Of a DNA stretch of 64,000 nt, positions 60,309-64,000 are shown piece by piece; the stretch's first letter is position 1; each line of letters starts with the position of its first letter. The notes under the pieces are model-generated. The model worked only from the letters and a program-made list of their open reading frames with translations, searched no databases and was not told the origin of the DNA. The stretch lies in the NCBI GenBank assembly GCA_963773065.1, contig CAVYZN010000014.1, positions 128,001-192,000 on the forward strand, written 5' to 3'. Position numbers and translations under genes: made by a program. Source of the stretch: an uncultured Gammaproteobacteria bacterium (GTDB taxonomy: Bacteria > Pseudomonadota > Gammaproteobacteria > UBA9214).

Positions 60309-60711
60309 ACGCTTTCCTGTCCTTGTGTGGGCGGGGTGTATATTGCATCCCGTAAAGGATGCGCCACTGGGTCCAAAAAATCCATGAACGTCGTACCCGG
60401 ATACAGCCGTCGGGCATCTATATCCGAGTTTTGGCGGCAGGTCCCGGATTGCGGTCCATCGGGTGTGCCTCCGGGTTGCCTACCTCCTGCAAGATTCAAT
60501 CATCACTCCGCGCGGGCTTCGGGTGGCGGCTTGGGTTATAGTGTTGATGGTGACTTTTATGCCCGGTCGGCGTTGCGGTTGCAACCGACAGTCAGCGCAG
60601 GCCGGATTTTCGGACGGGGAAGACTGATTCGCCCCCTAGTGGCGTATTTTTAAGACAGCACACCCATGCCGAACGTGAGCGTTCTCCTGCTAACAACCTG
60701 AGGGTTTAACC

Positions 60712-61200
60712 ATGACATGTCTGAGAAAAAACTTCCCTAAACTGCTGTGCCTGACAGCCATCACCCTGAGCGCGGGTCCGCTGCTCGATACCGCCGTGGC
60801 CGAAACGGTATACAAATCGGTCGACGCGGAGGGCAATGTCACCTTTTCCAATACGCCACCGGCGCAGGGCGTTGAAACCCAGACGATCGAGTTACAGCCC
60901 GGCCCCACGCCCGCGCAGCAGCAGCAAAGCATCGAGACTGAACAGAACCTGGAAACGCAGAGCAATGAAATCCCCGTGGAGAATTCCCCGGCCGAGCAAC
61001 AGCAGCCACTCGTGCAGCCGACCACGGAGAATCAGCAGGACTCCGGCGATGCCGGGGATGATCAGGAACCCGTCGTTGTCGATGATGGCTATGTGGGCGA
61101 CCGCTACCAGGACGAACGCCTGCGCGAAGGCGTCAACGAGGGGATAGAGGGCCGCCCGGCGCCGGCCGATGTCCCCCATCCGGCGGCGCGCGTCCGCTAG
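60712..61200 (+). CDS. DUF4124 protein
   Basis: Signal peptide, then VYKSVDAEGNVTFSNTPP. Confidence 0.85.
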   Translation: MTCLRKNFPKLLCLTAITLSAGPLLDTAVAETVYKSVDAEGNVTFSNTPPAQGVETQTIELQPGPTPAQQQQSIETEQNLETQSNEIPVENSPAEQQQPLVQPTTENQQDSGDAGDDQEPVVVDDGYVGDRYQDERLREGVNEGIEGRPAPADVPHPAARVR

Positions 61201-61223
61201 CAACCGGGTCGAATGAGGGTGAC

Positions 61224-61442
61224 ATGATGAGCGAAGCGACTAAAAAGCTCGGCATCGAGGCAGCCAAGTTGCTGCCGGAGGAGCGCATGGAATTGGTGGA
61301 TGAGATCCTGGCCAGCCTCGATCGACCGGATGAGCGTATGGATCGACTATGGGCCAAAGAGGCCGAAGACCGGTTAGCCGCCTATCGCCGGGGCGAGATC
61401 AACGCCGTCGATCTGGAGGAAGTGCTGGCGAAATATAAGTGA
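61224..61442 (+). CDS. Putative addiction-module antitoxin (TIGR02574-like)
   Basis: LPEERMELVDEILASLD...WAKEAEDRLAAYRRGE. Confidence 0.85.
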   Translation: MMSEATKKLGIEAAKLLPEERMELVDEILASLDRPDERMDRLWAKEAEDRLAAYRRGEINAVDLEEVLAKYK

Positions 61443-61498
61443 AAATCCGCCTTCCCGCTTGACGACATGCGCTTTGCCTCCGCGCGGAGAGACTGCAA

Positions 61499-62716
61499 AT
61501 GAAATCCCGGACATCAGAGTCCAGTGACGGTTTGGGTTCGCTCCCGGCTCCGCAAGACTTCTCGCTCGTCCTGGGCGGGCCGCTCTTCCAGCTTCTGCTT
61601 CGGGCGCATCTGTCCGACGATGCGCTCACGCTGGTGCGCCAACGCATCATCGTCATCGCGCTGCTTGCCTGGCTGCCGCTCCTGGTGCTCTCGACTCTGG
61701 AAGGACAGGTGCTGGGCGGGAGTGTGGCCGTACCCTTCCTGCTGGACGTGGAAGTTCACGTCCGCTTCCTGGTGGCGATGCCCCTGTTGATCGCTGCCGA
61801 GCTTGTGGTGCACCGGCGCATGCGTCCCCTGCTGCAGCAATTCCTGGAACGGCATTTGATTCCCGAGAGCGCCATGACGCGGTTCAATGCCGCCATCGCG
61901 GCGGCGTTTCGGTTGCGCAATTCGGTGCTCGCCGAGGTGCTGCTGATCGCCTTCGTGTATGCCGTCGGTATCCTGATCGTCTGGCGCCACTACCTGGCGC
62001 TCGACGCGGCCACGTGGTACGCGACACCGTCCGTCGAGGGCACGAAACTCTCGCTCGCCGGGATGTGGTTTGGCTATGTGAGTCTGCCGATCTTCCAGTT
62101 CCTGCTGTTGCGCTGGTATTTCCGGCTGTTTATCTGGATGCGCTTTCTCTGGCAGGTGTCACGCATCGAGTTGAGCCTGGTTCCCACGCATCCGGATCGC
62201 CTCGGCGGCCTGGGATTCCTTTCCGGCACGGTCTACGCCTTCGCCGTGCTCGCGGTCGCGCACGGCGCACTGCTTGCCGGGAATCTTGCCAACCGCATTT
62301 TCTACCTCGGGGCCGCACTGCCCGAGTTCAAGATCGAGATCGCCGTCATGGTCATCTTTCTGCTGTGCGTGGTCATCGGCCCGCTGCTGGTGTTTACGCC
62401 GCAGCTCGCTCAGGCGAAGCGGACGGGCAATCGCGAATATGGCGCGCTGGCCGAGCGTTACGTGCGCGAGTTCGATGCCAAATGGCTGCGCGGCGGCGCG
62501 CCTGCCGATGAGCCGTTGGTGGGCAGCGGCGACATCCAGTCCCTCGCCGATCTGGGCAATAGTCTCGAGGTGGTGCGGACCATGCGACTCGCGCCGGTTA
62601 CGAAGGAGGCTGTCCTCCGACTCGTGGTCGCGACACTCGCGCCGATCGTGCCGCTGGCACTCACCATGATGCCGCTGGAAGAACTGCTGAAAACGCTGGT
62701 CGGCGTATTGTTCTAG
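61499..62716 (+). CDS. Multi-pass membrane hypothetical protein
   Basis: 405 aa with many TMs; HPDRLGGLGFL motif. Confidence 0.75.
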   Translation: MKSRTSESSDGLGSLPAPQDFSLVLGGPLFQLLLRAHLSDDALTLVRQRIIVIALLAWLPLLVLSTLEGQVLGGSVAVPFLLDVEVHVRFLVAMPLLIAAELVVHRRMRPLLQQFLERHLIPESAMTRFNAAIAAAFRLRNSVLAEVLLIAFVYAVGILIVWRHYLALDAATWYATPSVEGTKLSLAGMWFGYVSLPIFQFLLLRWYFRLFIWMRFLWQVSRIELSLVPTHPDRLGGLGFLSGTVYAFAVLAVAHGALLAGNLANRIFYLGAALPEFKIEIAVMVIFLLCVVIGPLLVFTPQLAQAKRTGNREYGALAERYVREFDAKWLRGGAPADEPLVGSGDIQSLADLGNSLEVVRTMRLAPVTKEAVLRLVVATLAPIVPLALTMMPLEELLKTLVGVLF

Positions 62717-62835
62717 GGAACCTTAGTTCGTACGCCTTGATTTTTGCCGCGAAGACGATGAGTGCGCGCAGGACGACGATGCAGAGTCACGCGCGCGGCA
62801 GCGCAGACCGGCATACAACCACGGGAGAGTATCCG

Positions 62836-64000
62836 ATGAAGCAGACTATGAGCTGGTTACCGAAAATCGTCTTGAGTGCGGCCGCGCTTCTGCTTATTCA
62901 CGGCTGCGCGACGGCGCCGACACGGCTGGAAGCGGTGCCTCACGCGTTGACCGCGCAAGCCGAAATCCCGGGAATGCCCGGGGTGCGTTACGTCGGCGGA
63001 GGGGACATGAGCGAGCTCGCCAGAAGCGCGCTCGACTCGTTCCGTAAAGAACAGGAATACCTGGCGAAGCAGGGACACACGGGGCCCCTGCCGCCCGCGG
63101 CCTTTCTGGCCATTTCCGGGGGCGGCGACAACGGCGCCTACACGGCGGGCTTGCTCAACGGCTGGACGGCAGCGGGGACGCGGCCCGAGTTCAAGCTCGT
63201 CACCGGCATCAGCACCGGCGCGCTGATTGCGCCGTTCGCCTTTCTCGGGCCAAAGTACGATGCGACGCTGAAGGAGGTCTATACCACCATCTCGCCGAAA
63301 GACATTATCGAGCCGCGCAGCCTGATCGGTGGCGTCCTCGGCGACGCGATGGCGGACAGCACACCGTTGTGGAATCTGACGCGCAAATCCGTGAACGCGG
63401 ATCTGCTGAAGGCGATCGCCGCGGAGTACGCGAAGGGCCGCTTTCTGTTGATCGCCACCGCCGACCTGGATGCGCGCCGCGGCATCATCTGGGACATGGG
63501 AAAAATCGCGACCTACGGCGGTCCCAAGGCATTGGAGCTGTTCATTAGCGTCATGATCGCTTCCGCCTCCATTCCGGGGGGGTTCCCGCCGGTGCTGATC
63601 GATGTGGAGGCCGGCGGCAAGCGCTACCAGGAAATGCACGTCGACGGCGGCACCATGGCGCAGGTGTTCGCTTATCCTCCGTCACTCCACATCAGGGCGA
63701 TGTCGGCGGCAAGCGGGGTTACCCGCGAGCGCAGGCTCTACGTGATACGCAACGCGAGGCTGGACCCGGACTGGGCGCAGGTCGAGCGCAATACGATGAG
63801 CATCGCCGGGCGCGCGATCGCCTCGTTGATCCACAACCAGGGCATCGGCGACCTCTACCGCATCTACGCCACCGCCCAGCGCGACGGCGTCGATTTCAAC
63901 CTGGCCTTCATTCCGTCCAGCTTCAACGTCCCCCACAAGGAAGAGTTCGACAACACATACATGCGCGCGCTTTACGACGTGGGCTATGATCTCGCGGTAA
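62836..64000 (+). CDS. Patatin-like phospholipase lipoprotein (runs off the window)
   Basis: IHGC lipobox, ISGGGDNGA, GISTG, ASASIPG and HVDGG; the frame is open to the window end. Confidence 0.9.
   Translation, partial: MKQTMSWLPKIVLSAAALLLIHGCATAPTRLEAVPHALTAQAEIPGMPGVRYVGGGDMSELARSALDSFRKEQEYLAKQGHTGPLPPAAFLAISGGGDNGAYTAGLLNGWTAAGTRPEFKLVTGISTGALIAPFAFLGPKYDATLKEVYTTISPKDIIEPRSLIGGVLGDAMADSTPLWNLTRKSVNADLLKAIAAEYAKGRFLLIATADLDARRGIIWDMGKIATYGGPKALELFISVMIASASIPGGFPPVLIDVEAGGKRYQEMHVDGGTMAQVFAYPPSLHIRAMSAASGVTRERRLYVIRNARLDPDWAQVERNTMSIAGRAIASLIHNQGIGDLYRIYATAQRDGVDFNLAFIPSSFNVPHKEEFDNTYMRALYDVGYDLAV

Noticed and set aside
60478-60492. ctacctcctgca match to the hsdR element
   Set aside because: Only 12 bp, without either hairpin; could be chance.

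Overview
High-GC window, most likely from a Gammaproteobacterium (Lpp/OprI, VPLPA-CTERM, RssB/RssC-like genes). Many genes are split by single-base indels, which look like uncorrected long-read errors. In order: the end of a large secreted PKD/Ig protein; a signal-peptide mini-RHS toxin with its immunity gene and a degenerate copy of the upstream gene tail; a membrane adenylate cyclase; CDF and RND efflux genes; pta-ackA; a ~12.5 kb decaying type I R-M island; a BT1 transporter; a STAS/PP2C/PAS-kinase module; zwf; an HD-GYP protein; a VPLPA-CTERM protein; OmpA; LDT-lpp-LDT; DedA; a MoxR-Bat operon; an orphan antitoxin; and a patatin lipoprotein. The R-M island carries IS3 and IS30 insertions, an internally deleted hsdR, and intact HEPN-MNT, ABC-ATPase/DUF4276 and AAA/DUF4143 cargo. 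Two patterns stand out. (1) The hsdM 3' end occurs three times, and each copy's stop codon overlaps the start of a different downstream gene, suggesting a recombination-built cassette array with translational relays. (2) A family of ~50-bp elements with two A(N)GGA-loop hairpins, resembling CsrA/RsmA sites, sits inside hsdM and hsdR and is nested in an intergenic cluster; several copies have 2-bp flanking duplications. All family assignments come from motif recognition by eye, not from database searches, and novelty is untested.
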